A stretch of 64,000 nucleotides of DNA from Croceitalea vernalis (GCF_031846405.1 NZ_JAVRHU010000001.1:235160-299159); one strand, 5' to 3'. Shown: positions 39,255-53,965, numbered from the stretch's first letter. Program-made: numbers and translations. The notes: generated from the letters alone by a model not told the origin.

Positions 39255-39637
39255 TTTTCAGCTTTTCTAATAAATTGACAATTGGCACAGCGGTATTTTT
39301 TCGGTTCAAAAAATGGAAAGAGTTTATAAAAAATTGTTTTTCGTTGATAAAGTACCTCTGATTTTTCTGCCTTACAATTTGGACAGACGATTAATTCCCC
39401 GTCTTCATCAACAGCATAATTACGTACTTGATCAAATATTTCTTGTGCTCGCTCCTTATCTTCTTGATGTACCTGTAATTTTATTCCGCCTATTGCGTTG
39501 CTGGCAAAGGGTTCAACACCAACGGTATTCGCATCTTTCAATGTTACTGAAATTCCTTCTGATTCTAACTTTCCTTTGATAATTTGAACATCTGCCAAAA
39601 ACTCAAAGCTGCCTAAAGTAATCAAGTCTTTACCCAT
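39251..39637 (-). CDS. DUF2007-like (PII-fold putative signal-transducing) domain fused to C-terminal 4-Cys zinc ribbon
   Basis: LITLGSFEFLADVQIIKGKLESEGISV...LQVHQEDKERAQEIF followed by CPNCKAE...CANC. Overlaps bioF by 8 nt and bioD by 4 nt. Confidence 0.55.
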   Translation of the reverse strand: MGKDLITLGSFEFLADVQIIKGKLESEGISVTLKDANTVGVEPFASNAIGGIKLQVHQEDKERAQEIFDQVRNYAVDEDGELIVCPNCKAEKSEVLYQRKTIFYKLFPFFEPKKYRCANCQFIRKAEK

Positions 39638-40772
39638 TTTCTTTAATCAATAATAAAACTCTTTCTATTTCATCTTTCGTATTGAAAGCATGCAGACAAA
39701 TTCTTAAGCGCTCATTCCCTTTAGGAACCGTTGGTGCTAAAATTGGACGAATATCAAAACCACTTTCCATTAGGGTTATTGATAAACTTCTAACGGCTAT
39801 GTTACCCGATATCAACGCAATTTGAATAGCAGATGTACTCAACAAAAATACTTGCCTTAGGTGCAGTGCTTCAATTGTCTGGTTAAAATAGTGAATATTC
39901 TGTCTTAATTTCTCTATTAAACTTTTGCCATATTCAACTTCTAAAAATTGATGTGCAGCTAAAATAGATGCGATGGAATGGGGTGCTAAGGCCGTTGTAT
40001 AAATAAGACTTCGCGCAAAATTAATCAAGTATTCTTTTAAAGGTTTACTACCCAAAATTGCCGCACCATGGCTGCCTATTGCCTTTCCAAATGTAATAAT
40101 CTGGGCAAAAACTTTTTCTTGTAAGTTCTTTTCGACCACTAAACCCTTACCAAAAACACCAATAGCATGAGCTTCATCTACTATAAAATATAGGCTATGT
40201 TCATTACAAAATTTTGCAAGTTCGCTTATATTGGGGGAATCACCATCCATAGAGAAAACTGACTCCGTCACTACATAAATTTCCTCATAAAAATCCTTTT
40301 CTCTAATCTTGTCAATCTGACCTCTTAGATCATCAACATTGTTATGCTTGAATTTAAATGCCTTTGCATCGCTCATTTTAATGCCATCACGAATACTAGC
40401 ATGAATCAATTCATCATAAAAAATAATATCATTTCTTTGTGGTACACAAGAAAAAAAACCGACGTTAGCGTCATAACCCGAGTTGAAAATCAAAGCACTT
40501 TCAAAGTCATAAAAAGACTTTAAATAAGACTCTAATTCTGAATATAAATTATGATTGCCAGTAAGCAATCTCGAACCAGTAGCCCCGTTAAAAGAACTAT
40601 TTGATTTCAATATCTCATTAGTCGCACTTTGCAATAACGATGTTCTGGATAAGCCCAAATAATCATTAGATGAAAAATCAATCAAATCTTGTTGAGGCTT
40701 TAGCTCTCGAAAACTATTCTCCTCTTGGCGCCTTATAAGTTTTCTGGATAATTTTTCAGGGAAATCTGACAT
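39630..40772 (-). CDS. bioF: 8-amino-7-oxononanoate synthase
   Basis: Class-II aminotransferase/AONS fold with FSMDGD and the PLP lysine in TFGKAIGSHG. Confidence 0.85.
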   Translation of the reverse strand: MSDFPEKLSRKLIRRQEENSFRELKPQQDLIDFSSNDYLGLSRTSLLQSATNEILKSNSSFNGATGSRLLTGNHNLYSELESYLKSFYDFESALIFNSGYDANVGFFSCVPQRNDIIFYDELIHASIRDGIKMSDAKAFKFKHNNVDDLRGQIDKIREKDFYEEIYVVTESVFSMDGDSPNISELAKFCNEHSLYFIVDEAHAIGVFGKGLVVEKNLQEKVFAQIITFGKAIGSHGAAILGSKPLKEYLINFARSLIYTTALAPHSIASILAAHQFLEVEYGKSLIEKLRQNIHYFNQTIEALHLRQVFLLSTSAIQIALISGNIAVRSLSITLMESGFDIRPILAPTVPKGNERLRICLHAFNTKDEIERVLLLIKENG

Positions 40773-40861
40773 AAATCAAAAGTAGCATCTTTATCGAAAT
40801 ATTAATGACAAAAAAAAGCCACTTGAAATAAGCAGCTTTTTTTGAATTATATCGTTTTGGT

Positions 40862-41140
40862 TTAATCAGCCAAAACTATCACCTTGTTATCCTTTAATTC
40901 AATGGTACCGCTATTAATAGCTAAAATGGTTTCCCCACCGGCGCCTTGAGAGAATTTATTTTGGAATTCTTCTTCTATTGAAATATCACCTTGAAATTTT
41001 ACACTACCCTCTTGTAATAATGATACAATCGGAGCGTGGTTTTGTAACATTTGAAACTCACCATTAATACCAGGCACCGTAACTGAAGTTACTTCACCTG
41101 AAAAAAGAGTAGCCTCTGGAGATACAATTTCTAAATACAT
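40862..41140 (-). CDS. atpC: F0F1 ATP synthase subunit epsilon (short form)
   Basis: 92-aa beta-sandwich (MYLEIVSPE...). Sits immediately downstream of atpD. Confidence 0.8.
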   Translation of the reverse strand: MYLEIVSPEATLFSGEVTSVTVPGINGEFQMLQNHAPIVSLLQEGSVKFQGDISIEEEFQNKFSQGAGGETILAINSGTIELKDNKVIVLAD

Positions 41141-41166
41141 TTTTATAGTAATTAGTTTGTTAGTAT

Positions 41167-42696
<1,530 letters not shown>

Positions 42697-42787
42697 TCAA
42701 TTTCTTAGTGGGAAAAACCCTCTTTTTTCCGGCTGCAAAGATATGTTTTTCGTTTTGTAATTAGAAACTTCCATAATCTTTTTTTAA

Positions 42788-42813
42788 AACAAAAAAGCAG
42801 CCATTGCGGCTGC
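42788..42813 (-). terminator. hairpin GCAGCC-gcaat-GGCTGC plus T-run
   Basis: Lies downstream of the minus-strand receptor gene that ends at 42841. Confidence 0.45.
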
Positions 42814-42840
42814 CTTTGTTAAAAAGTAAATGTTATGTTA

Positions 42841-45615
42841 TTATGGATTGATTGTCCAAGACACGTAGTAAATGGAACCTATCAAACCGGAACCAACAGC
42901 TTGAAAGTATTCTTCATTCAAAATGTTGGATGCTCCTGCCTTAAATACAGATTTAATACCTGGAACAGTATAATTCACTTGAGCATCAAGCACGGTAAAT
43001 GAAGGAACGTCACCATCAGCAAACGAAGCTTCCCAGAAATATGAATCGCTCCAACGATAGTTTACTCCAAATCCGAAATTCTTAAAAAGCTCTGTATTAC
43101 CAAAAGAAGCCTTCACTCTATGTTTTGGTGTATTGAAATTAGTTCTAAAATCGGGGAAAGCAACTTTATCGAAATCTAAATCGGTAAAGGTATAGTTAAC
43201 ACCTAAATCAAAATCTCCCAAAATTTTAGTATCAACGCCTATTGTAGCTCCCCATGAATTAATATCAACTGTTGAATTGGTATAGGCTTGGTACGCTTTA
43301 AAATCTCCATTTGCAAGAGCTAAAACAGATAATGAATTATCGCCCACCTGTCCGTATAATGGAACGATAGTCGTTACGTTAGCAATAAAATTTGCATAAC
43401 TGTTATAGTAACCACTTAAATCAATAGTAAATTTACCTAGCTGAGCACGGTAACCCGCTTCCACAGCAGTAATTTCTTCCGGTTGAACAAGACCTGGTGT
43501 AGCTATCTCTAAAGCCGTCGGGTCGCCGGTAGCAGAAAACGCACCAACAGAACTTAATGAATACGCATTTTCATAGGCCGATCTACCTGTTACTTGAACC
43601 GTTTCGGCTCCACCTGTAAATACCTGGCCTGGCTGACTAACTGGAAAAGTTCTAATATCTCTATCAAGGTTAGTTGGCGCAGAACCAACTAAAATTGCTT
43701 GACCTGCATCAAGTCCAATAAATAAATCTTGAGTAGTTGGGTTTCTAAATCCTTGTTGTATCGAGGCTCGTAGATTATGGTTTCTGTTTTCTCCTAGTGT
43801 AACTGAAAAACCAGCTCTAGGCGAGAAGAAACCATCAAAGAATTCATTCTTATCATAACGACCTGACACCGTTAATTTAAGTCTTTCATCAGCTAGCTTT
43901 TTCTGTACTTGCATGTAACCACCATACTCCTGATAAGTAATTGGTCCATCAATATCAGTAAATATAGTTCCACTTGAATTTAGTTCGTATTCTCTCCAAG
44001 AGCCACCAACTTGAATATCTGCCCAATCATCAATCAAATGCGCTAAATTATAGTTACCATTTACGTGTCGGAATTTCGTGTTATCAATAAATTTTGAACC
44101 TGTTGTCAAGTCACCATCACTTGTAACAGCATTAAAAGCACTTTTAAACTGAGCACTTCCCGGTTCGTAACGTCCGGTATCGGCAGCCGCTCTAGCTGCA
44201 GCATGTGCTTGTTCATCTGTTGCTAAAACACCTGATCCCACTCCCAATTTAGCTCCTATAAAAGTAGCCGCATAATCACCAAACCATGCTAAATCAGATT
44301 TCCACCTTCTATTAACATTTATAGCAGTAAATCTTGTATCATAGGCATCACCTGAGTTCTCTGAAACAATATATCCTCTTATAAAAAAGTTATCATTTTT
44401 CAATTCTAATTTATGCTGTTGCATAGTAAAACCTTGTACTGCGTATCTATTAATACCTTGATATATAGTAGTACCACGACCGATACGACCATTATATATA
44501 AGTTCTAAATCATCGGCAAAAGGTCTGTAGTGCAAAGAGAAATCCGTTTTTACACTCTCCGCGTTATAATTTGTTAAATCGCTCTCATTATAGCCCGTTC
44601 TACTAACAAAAGCTGACCCTACCGTACCAGCAGGTAATCCTCCTAAAACATCAAAATTTAAGACCGTACCAACTTCATCACCATAAACATTTAAACCATT
44701 GTAAGCTGGGTTCGACCGATCAGCTCCTGGGTTGGCCAAATCATCAGTTCTATTTGCATGCCAATCTTCACCTTTCAAGAATGAAAAGGTAGCTTTTGCA
44801 GCAAATTTGTCGCTAAAAGCATGTGCGGCTCGGATACCAAAATCATAATACTGATTATCACCGGCAGCCTCTTGAGATGTTATGCCAGTTTTACCATATG
44901 CGCTGATTCCCTGAAAATCCCATGGATTTTTACTACGCATAAATAGTATACCATTAAATGCACCGGCACCGTATAAAGCCGAAGATGCCCCTGGTAATAT
45001 CTCAACACTTTGAACATCTAGTTCAGACATACCAACTAAATTACCTAATACAAAATTCAAACCTGGGGCAGTATTATCCATTCCGTCTACCAGCTGCATA
45101 AATCTTGTATTTGCAAAAGTTGCAAAACCTCTTGTGTTTATAGATTGAAAAGTTAAACTGTTGGTATTGATATCTACACCCTTTAGATTTTGCAGACCGC
45201 CATAAAAAGATTCCGCAGTTGTATTCTTTATTTCTTTTAAACCGAAACGTTCAACAGATACTGGTGATTCAAAAATTCGTTCTGGCGTTCTCGAAGCCGA
45301 AATCACAATTTCATCAAGTGCTGTAGAGTTTTCATTCAATATAACGGCTAAGGATTGATTATTTTCTGTAACTGCAACGGTTGCAGTACTATATCCTATA
45401 CTTGATATTTTTAAATCAAATGGAGGCGTCTGCGAAGTAGTTAAAGTAAAATTACCATCAAAATCCGCTACCGTTCCTTCTGCCACACCTACTACAACAA
45501 TATTTGCGCTTGGTACAGGATTTCCATTTTCATCTGCAACTTTTCCAGTAACTGTAGTTTGTGACATTAAAGATGTTCCTAAGATTAGGAAAAATGCCAA
45601 AATTAAATTTTTCAT
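42841..45615 (-). CDS. TonB-dependent receptor (CarbopepD_reg-like N-domain)
   Basis: Signal peptide. TVTGKVADENGNPVPSANIVV carboxypeptidase-regulatory-like domain, plug, and a barrel ending YVSWTINP. Confidence 0.8.
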   Translation of the reverse strand: MKNLILAFFLILGTSLMSQTTVTGKVADENGNPVPSANIVVVGVAEGTVADFDGNFTLTTSQTPPFDLKISSIGYSTATVAVTENNQSLAVILNENSTALDEIVISASRTPERIFESPVSVERFGLKEIKNTTAESFYGGLQNLKGVDINTNSLTFQSINTRGFATFANTRFMQLVDGMDNTAPGLNFVLGNLVGMSELDVQSVEILPGASSALYGAGAFNGILFMRSKNPWDFQGISAYGKTGITSQEAAGDNQYYDFGIRAAHAFSDKFAAKATFSFLKGEDWHANRTDDLANPGADRSNPAYNGLNVYGDEVGTVLNFDVLGGLPAGTVGSAFVSRTGYNESDLTNYNAESVKTDFSLHYRPFADDLELIYNGRIGRGTTIYQGINRYAVQGFTMQQHKLELKNDNFFIRGYIVSENSGDAYDTRFTAINVNRRWKSDLAWFGDYAATFIGAKLGVGSGVLATDEQAHAAARAAADTGRYEPGSAQFKSAFNAVTSDGDLTTGSKFIDNTKFRHVNGNYNLAHLIDDWADIQVGGSWREYELNSSGTIFTDIDGPITYQEYGGYMQVQKKLADERLKLTVSGRYDKNEFFDGFFSPRAGFSVTLGENRNHNLRASIQQGFRNPTTQDLFIGLDAGQAILVGSAPTNLDRDIRTFPVSQPGQVFTGGAETVQVTGRSAYENAYSLSSVGAFSATGDPTALEIATPGLVQPEEITAVEAGYRAQLGKFTIDLSGYYNSYANFIANVTTIVPLYGQVGDNSLSVLALANGDFKAYQAYTNSTVDINSWGATIGVDTKILGDFDLGVNYTFTDLDFDKVAFPDFRTNFNTPKHRVKASFGNTELFKNFGFGVNYRWSDSYFWEASFADGDVPSFTVLDAQVNYTVPGIKSVFKAGASNILNEEYFQAVGSGLIGSIYYVSWTINP

Positions 45616-45771
45616 TAGACTTGAATTTGCGTTAAGTTAGTTTTAAATCAGCGTTAAAAATTTGAGCGGAATATACATTTTTTTAAGATTATATCCACGG
45701 AAAGAAAAAGAAATTATGCATGCATAGTACTTTTTCTTTAAAAAAACACGGTTTGAAGTGAGAATTTAACA

Positions 45772-45797
45772 AAAAAAACCGTCATAAATGACGGTTT
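45772..45797 (-). terminator. rho-independent terminator after glmS
   Basis: On the minus strand, AACCGTCAT-tta-TGACGGTT is followed by TTTTTTTT. Confidence 0.55.
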
Positions 45798-45822
45798 TAC
45801 AAAAATATGCTTTGGTAGATAA

Positions 45823-47670
45823 TTACTCAACAGTAACTGATTTTGCCAAATTTCTTGGCTGATCGACATTACAACCTCTCATTAACGCAATATGATATGA
45901 AAGCAATTGTAAAGGAATTGTAGTTAACAATGGCGTTAAAGCTTCTGATGATTCAGGAACCTCAACTACATGGTCAGCAATGTCTTTGACGGTTTCATCA
46001 CCTTCCGTAACAATTGCAATAATTTTACCACTACGTGATTTAATTTCTTGAATATTACTAACTACCTTTTCGTAGTGTCCTTTTCTTGTAGCTATTACAA
46101 CTACGGGCATTTCTTCATCAATCAAAGCAATAGGCCCATGTTTCATTTCCGCAGCAGGGTAACCTTCAGCATGGATATAACTAATTTCTTTTAATTTCAA
46201 GGCTCCTTCAAGGGCAACAGGAAAATTATAACCTCTTCCCAAATACAAACAATTTGTAGAATCTTTATAAACCTCAGCTATCTTTTCTACTAAATCATTT
46301 GATTTTAAGGCCTTCTCAACTTTTTGCGGTATACCCTCGAGTTCCGTCAAAAATTCATGGTACTTAGATTGTGAAAATTCACCTTTTTCTTTAGCTAGTT
46401 TTAGAGCAATCATTGTTAAAACCGTTATTTGGGTTGTAAAGGCTTTAGTTGAAGCCACACCAATTTCAGGTCCCGCATGTGTATAAGCACCAGCATGTGT
46501 TTCACGTGCTATGGAAGATCCGACCACATTACAAACTCCGAAAACAAATGCTCCCTTTTCTTTGGCCATTTTAATAGCTGCTAGAGTATCTGCTGTTTCG
46601 CCAGATTGCGAAACAGCAATCAAAATGTCCTTTTCCGTGATCACAGGGTTTCTGTATCTAAATTCTGAAGCATATTCGACTTCAACAGGAATTCTAGCTA
46701 AATCTTCAAAAATATACTCAGCAACTAATCCCGCATGCCATGACGTTCCGCAGGCTACAATAATTATACGGTTAGCATTCAAGAATCTCTCAATATTATG
46801 ATCAATTCCTGACATTCTAATATAACCCTCATCTGCTAACAAACGACCTCTATAAGTATCATGAATTGCCCTAGGTTGCTCATATATTTCTTTAAGCATA
46901 AAGTGATCGTAGCCACCCTTCTCAATTTCCTCCAAGTTCATTTGGAGTTCTAAAATGTTAGGATAGCTTATAGCATCATCTTTTATCTTACGTAACTTTA
47001 TTTCTTTTCCAATTCGTATAATAGCCATTTCTTCATCTTCAAGGTAAACGGCATTATTGGTAAACTCGATAAACGGTGAAGCATCAGAAGCAATAAAATA
47101 TTCACTTTCTCCAATACCTATAGCTAAGGGACTTCCAAGTTTTGCTACTACAATTTCATCAGGTTTGTTCTTGTCAAAAACTGCAATTGCATATGCTCCT
47201 ATTACCTGATTTAATGCAATTTGAACTGCTTTCCCAAGTTTTACACCCTCCTTCTTTTTTACTTCCTCAATAAGATTAACTAAAACCTCTGTGTCAGTAT
47301 CAGATTCAAAGGTGTAACCCCTCTTTATTAAAGCTTTTTTAATTGATTCGTAATTCTCTATTATTCCATTATGAATAATGACTAAATCGCCCGAATTAGA
47401 AACATGTGGATGTGAGTTAACATCGTTAGGAACACCATGTGTAGCCCACCTTGTATGGCCTAAACCTAACTTACCATTTGTATCTATTGATTGAGTGGCT
47501 TTATTTTTTAAATCTTCAACCTTTCCCTTTGTTTTTGAAAGCTGCATACTTTCACCATCAAAAAGAACGACCCCCGCACTATCATAGCCACGATATTCTA
47601 GCCTTTGTAAGCCTTTAATTATTATTGGATAGGCATCTCTATGCCCAATATAACCAACTATTCCACACAT
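45823..47670 (-). CDS. glmS: glutamine--fructose-6-phosphate aminotransferase
   Basis: N-terminal MCGIVGY nucleophile. Two SIS domains. C-terminal ...KSVTVE. Confidence 0.97.
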   Translation of the reverse strand: MCGIVGYIGHRDAYPIIIKGLQRLEYRGYDSAGVVLFDGESMQLSKTKGKVEDLKNKATQSIDTNGKLGLGHTRWATHGVPNDVNSHPHVSNSGDLVIIHNGIIENYESIKKALIKRGYTFESDTDTEVLVNLIEEVKKKEGVKLGKAVQIALNQVIGAYAIAVFDKNKPDEIVVAKLGSPLAIGIGESEYFIASDASPFIEFTNNAVYLEDEEMAIIRIGKEIKLRKIKDDAISYPNILELQMNLEEIEKGGYDHFMLKEIYEQPRAIHDTYRGRLLADEGYIRMSGIDHNIERFLNANRIIIVACGTSWHAGLVAEYIFEDLARIPVEVEYASEFRYRNPVITEKDILIAVSQSGETADTLAAIKMAKEKGAFVFGVCNVVGSSIARETHAGAYTHAGPEIGVASTKAFTTQITVLTMIALKLAKEKGEFSQSKYHEFLTELEGIPQKVEKALKSNDLVEKIAEVYKDSTNCLYLGRGYNFPVALEGALKLKEISYIHAEGYPAAEMKHGPIALIDEEMPVVVIATRKGHYEKVVSNIQEIKSRSGKIIAIVTEGDETVKDIADHVVEVPESSEALTPLLTTIPLQLLSYHIALMRGCNVDQPRNLAKSVTVE

Positions 47671-47697
47671 ATTATTAGTTTATTTGAGGTTCTGTCA

Positions 47698-47744
47698 AAC
47701 AAGTTTTCATTTGCAAAAATAATATTTGAATGAATAAACTTGTT
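47698..47744. promoter_or_regulatory. inverted repeat AACAAGTTT...N29...AAACTTGTT in the glmS upstream region
   Basis: Perfect 9-bp arms about 30-75 nt upstream of the glmS start. Confidence 0.2.
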
Positions 47745-47804
47745 AAACTCTAGAGGTATTAACGAAAAAAATATGCAACTGGTATGTAGAATACAAATTG
47801 GATG

Positions 47805-50515
<2,711 letters not shown>

Positions 50516-50616
50516 AAACGTAATTTTTGTTTATCGAAAAAACGTAGCTGCAAAAATACAAAATTTATGTAGATTACCAGTATTTATAGTATTTTTGCAC
50601 GTTTTTAACGCTTTAT

Positions 50617-51465
50617 ATGCAAGTTTACACTACTAAAAAAGACCTTTTAGCTATTCTTAAGTCTAAAAAGAACAAAGAACTAAGCCTTGGTTTCGTCCCA
50701 ACAATGGGCGCTTTGCATAAAGGTCATATTTCCTTAGTTCAAAGAGCTTTCAATGAAAATGAATTAGTCGTGGTTAGTATTTTTGTCAATCCAACTCAGT
50801 TTGACAATGAAGAAGATTTAGATAAATATCCTAATACCCTAAAACAAGATTTAGATTTACTTGAAAAAGTTTCAACTAATATCATTGTTTTTGCACCCAC
50901 GAAGAATGACATTTATAATGATAAAATTAAATCTGAATCATATAATTTTAATGGCCTCGAAAAGGTTATGGAAGGCACCTTTAGGGCAGGGCATTTTAAC
51001 GGTGTAGCTACTATTGTTGAGTTACTTTTAAAAACGGTGGGGCCAGATAAAGCCTACTTTGGAGAAAAAGACTTTCAGCAACTTCAGATTATCAAAAGAC
51101 TTGTGACCTTAAAAGACATCTCGTGTCAAATTATTGGTTGTCCAATTGAGCGTGAACCGAGCGGTTTAGCTATGAGTTCTCGTAATGAACGCCTTTCTAA
51201 ATCGACTAGAAAAAAGGCAGGTTTTATTTATGAAACTCTTAAAACTGCCAAAATAAAATTTGGCACGAAAAGTGCACCTATAGTTAAAGAATGGGTTTTT
51301 AACCAATTTTTAAATAGTTCACTTTTTGAGTTAGAATATTTTGAAATAACGGATATAGACACCTTAACACCAATAGCAAAAAAACAAATTGATATAAAAT
51401 ATCGGGCTTTCATAGCTGTATACACTGAAGAGGTTCGCCTGATTGATAATATCGCACTTAATTAA
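50617..51465 (+). CDS. panC: pantoate--beta-alanine ligase
   Basis: Motif around [16 protein letters not shown] (HxGH-type). Confidence 0.9.
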   Translation: MQVYTTKKDLLAILKSKKNKELSLGFVPTMGALHKGHISLVQRAFNENELVVVSIFVNPTQFDNEEDLDKYPNTLKQDLDLLEKVSTNIIVFAPTKNDIYNDKIKSESYNFNGLEKVMEGTFRAGHFNGVATIVELLLKTVGPDKAYFGEKDFQQLQIIKRLVTLKDISCQIIGCPIEREPSGLAMSSRNERLSKSTRKKAGFIYETLKTAKIKFGTKSAPIVKEWVFNQFLNSSLFELEYFEITDIDTLTPIAKKQIDIKYRAFIAVYTEEVRLIDNIALN

Positions 51466-51479
51466 GTAATTTTACCCCC

Positions 51480-51830
51480 ATGCAAATCGAAGTCGTAAAA
51501 TCAAAAATTCATCGTGTTAAAGTCACAGGAGCGGACTTAAACTATATTGGTAGTATTACCATTGATGAAGATTTGATGGATGCCGCTAATATCATAAGAG
51601 GCGAAAAAGTTCAAATTGTAAACAACAATAATGGCGAACGCCTTGAGACTTACGCCATTCCTGGGCCTAGAAATTCAGGTGAAATTACTTTAAATGGAGC
51701 GGCAGCTAGAAAAGTAGCTGTTGGAGATATCCTTATTTTAATAACTTACGCTAGAATGGATATAGAAAAAGCAAAAAGCTTTAATCCAGCATTAGTTTTT
51801 CCTGATGAGAACTCCAATTTATTAAATTAA
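51480..51830 (+). CDS. panD: aspartate 1-decarboxylase
   Basis: [29 protein letters not shown] with the Gly-Ser self-cleavage site. Confidence 0.9.
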   Translation: MQIEVVKSKIHRVKVTGADLNYIGSITIDEDLMDAANIIRGEKVQIVNNNNGERLETYAIPGPRNSGEITLNGAAARKVAVGDILILITYARMDIEKAKSFNPALVFPDENSNLLN

Positions 51831-51832
51831 TT

Positions 51833-52798
51833 TTGACTCCATCCTTTAAAAAAATTCTTAAAATCGTAGTTCCAATTTTATTGGGAGTTGGTTTGGTTTG
51901 GTACTCTTATTTCTCTACAACACCTGAGGATAGAAAAATAATTATTGAAAATATCTCAAAGGCAAATCCATTTTGGGTTGGCTTATCTATTCTTATTGGC
52001 ATTTTAAGTCATGTTTCAAGAGCTATAAGATGGAATTATTTATTAAATCCTTTAAATTATCGTCCAAGGTTAAGCAATAATATTTTAATTATTCTAACCT
52101 CATACTTAGCAAATTTAGGTATACCTAGATCTGGAGAATTTTTACGTGCTACTGCCTTAACTACTTATGAAAAAGTGCCTTTTGAAAAAGGTTTTGGGAC
52201 TATAGTTACAGAAAGAGTAATTGACCTTTTAATGCTTTTTATAATCATAGCATTTACTCTTGTTTTACAAACCGACATCATCTTAAACTTTTTAAATAAC
52301 TACGGAATCAACCTAATTGGCTCACTAATATTTTTAACAATATGCATCTTAGGTCTTTTGAGCGCAGTATTCCTTATTAGAAAGTCAACAACAGGTTTTG
52401 CTTTAAAACTAAAAACCTTTTTAAATGGTATGCTTGAAGGGGTTTCGAGTATTCTAAAAATGAAAAGTAAATGGTTATTCGTTCTACATACTTTGATTAT
52501 TTGGGGTTGTTATATTGCTATGTTTTGGGTGATTAAGTACACCGTTACTGAAACAATAGACTTAACATTTTCTCAAATTCTTGTGGCCTTTATTGCTGGA
52601 GCTTTTGCTATGTCAACTACAAATGGTGGTATTGGGGCATACCCGATTGCCGTTACAGCTGCACTCTCTCTATTTGATATTACCGAGGTATCCGGAAAAG
52701 CTTTTGGGTGGATTATGTGGATTTCTCAAACCCTAATGATAGTAGTTTTTGGGGCAATATCTTTCTTACTACTACCGTTATTGAACAGAAATCGATAA
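51833..52798 (+). CDS. UPF0104/lysylphosphatidylglycerol-synthase-TM-region-like flippase-type membrane protein
   Basis: About 8 TM helices. N-terminal pattern typical of PF03706. Confidence 0.55.
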   Translation: MTPSFKKILKIVVPILLGVGLVWYSYFSTTPEDRKIIIENISKANPFWVGLSILIGILSHVSRAIRWNYLLNPLNYRPRLSNNILIILTSYLANLGIPRSGEFLRATALTTYEKVPFEKGFGTIVTERVIDLLMLFIIIAFTLVLQTDIILNFLNNYGINLIGSLIFLTICILGLLSAVFLIRKSTTGFALKLKTFLNGMLEGVSSILKMKSKWLFVLHTLIIWGCYIAMFWVIKYTVTETIDLTFSQILVAFIAGAFAMSTTNGGIGAYPIAVTAALSLFDITEVSGKAFGWIMWISQTLMIVVFGAISFLLLPLLNRNR

Positions 52799-52822
52799 TC
52801 CTGATTATCAAAAGAATACCCC

Positions 52823-53965
52823 ATGACCCAAAAATTATTTGCCGTTTTGGCACTGTTATCTATTGGAATTAATGCTCAAGTAAAACAAGAAATATTTGAA
52901 TCTTTTAGACTACAAGAACGTCGAGATGTTTCTTATTACTTTCCGGAAGATTATACCGAAGAAAAAAAATATCCTCTAATTGTTGTATTAGATGCCGAAT
53001 ATCTTTTTGATAATGTGGTGGCTAATGCAAAATTTTATAGCACACATAACAGAATGCCAGAAGCTATCATTGTTGGTGTTCATCAAAGTCAAAATGATCT
53101 TCGTTGGGAGGATTGTGATTTTGAAGAATCTACTGGACTTCCAACTGAGAAAGGAAAATTATTCTACGAGTTTCTTGGCACTGAACTAATCCCATATTTA
53201 GAAACCAGTTACAACATAGCTCCATTTAAAATGTTCATAGGTTATGATATCACTGCCAATTTTGGTAATTATTTTCTATTTAAAGACAAATCATTATTTA
53301 ATGCGTATCTAACGATCTCTCCTGTACTTGCAACTGAAATGGATAGTCGAATTCCTGCAAGATTGTCAGCATTAAATCAAGAGATTTTTTACAATTTAGT
53401 ATTAGAGAAAGAACCAACTGATGATCGTCAAAAAATTCTTCAAATGAATACAGCTATCAGCTCTATTCAAAAAGAAAATTTACATTATTTCTTTGACCAA
53501 TACGATGAACCAGATCATATCTCTATTGCTGCTTATGGCATTAGTAAGGCATTTGACAATGTCTTTAAACTATTTAGACCAATTAGCCCCAAAGAATATA
53601 AAGAGCACATTCTTACCTCAAACGACCCTGTCATAAACTATCTTGATGCTAAATATGGAATGATTGAAGAGTTACTTGGTTTTGAAAAAGAAGTTGAGTT
53701 AAACGATATTATGGCCATTTATGCCGCTTGTCTTAAAAAGGAAGATTATGAAAGTCTACAACCTTTGTCAGAAATCTGTAAAAAACAATTTCCTGAAAGT
53801 ATGATGGGTTTTTATTTTGAAGGTGAGTATCTTGAATTAATTGGCGAACCCAAGAAAGCTTTTAAAACCTTTGAAAAGGCTTTTCAAATGAATGAAATTG
53901 ATTTCTTGACCAAAGACATGGCTCTTGACAAAATGGATGCGCTTAAAGCAGATTTTGGCTATTAA
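52823..53965 (+). CDS. exported alpha/beta-hydrolase (putative esterase family)
   Basis: Signal peptide. The PLIVVLDAEYLFD block is typical of PF00756-type esterases. Confidence 0.5.
   Translation: MTQKLFAVLALLSIGINAQVKQEIFESFRLQERRDVSYYFPEDYTEEKKYPLIVVLDAEYLFDNVVANAKFYSTHNRMPEAIIVGVHQSQNDLRWEDCDFEESTGLPTEKGKLFYEFLGTELIPYLETSYNIAPFKMFIGYDITANFGNYFLFKDKSLFNAYLTISPVLATEMDSRIPARLSALNQEIFYNLVLEKEPTDDRQKILQMNTAISSIQKENLHYFFDQYDEPDHISIAAYGISKAFDNVFKLFRPISPKEYKEHILTSNDPVINYLDAKYGMIEELLGFEKEVELNDIMAIYAACLKKEDYESLQPLSEICKKQFPESMMGFYFEGEYLELIGEPKKAFKTFEKAFQMNEIDFLTKDMALDKMDALKADFGY

Noticed and set aside
40773-40861. Possible terminator between atpC and bioF
   Set aside because: Only a 5-bp stem (AAAGC/GCTTT) with a long loop, although A/T runs flank it. 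Too weak to call.
47671-47804. glmS ribozyme upstream of glmS
   Set aside because: No conserved glmS-ribozyme core sequence, and the ribozyme is not expected in Bacteroidota. Only a simple inverted repeat is present; it is reported separately at low interest.
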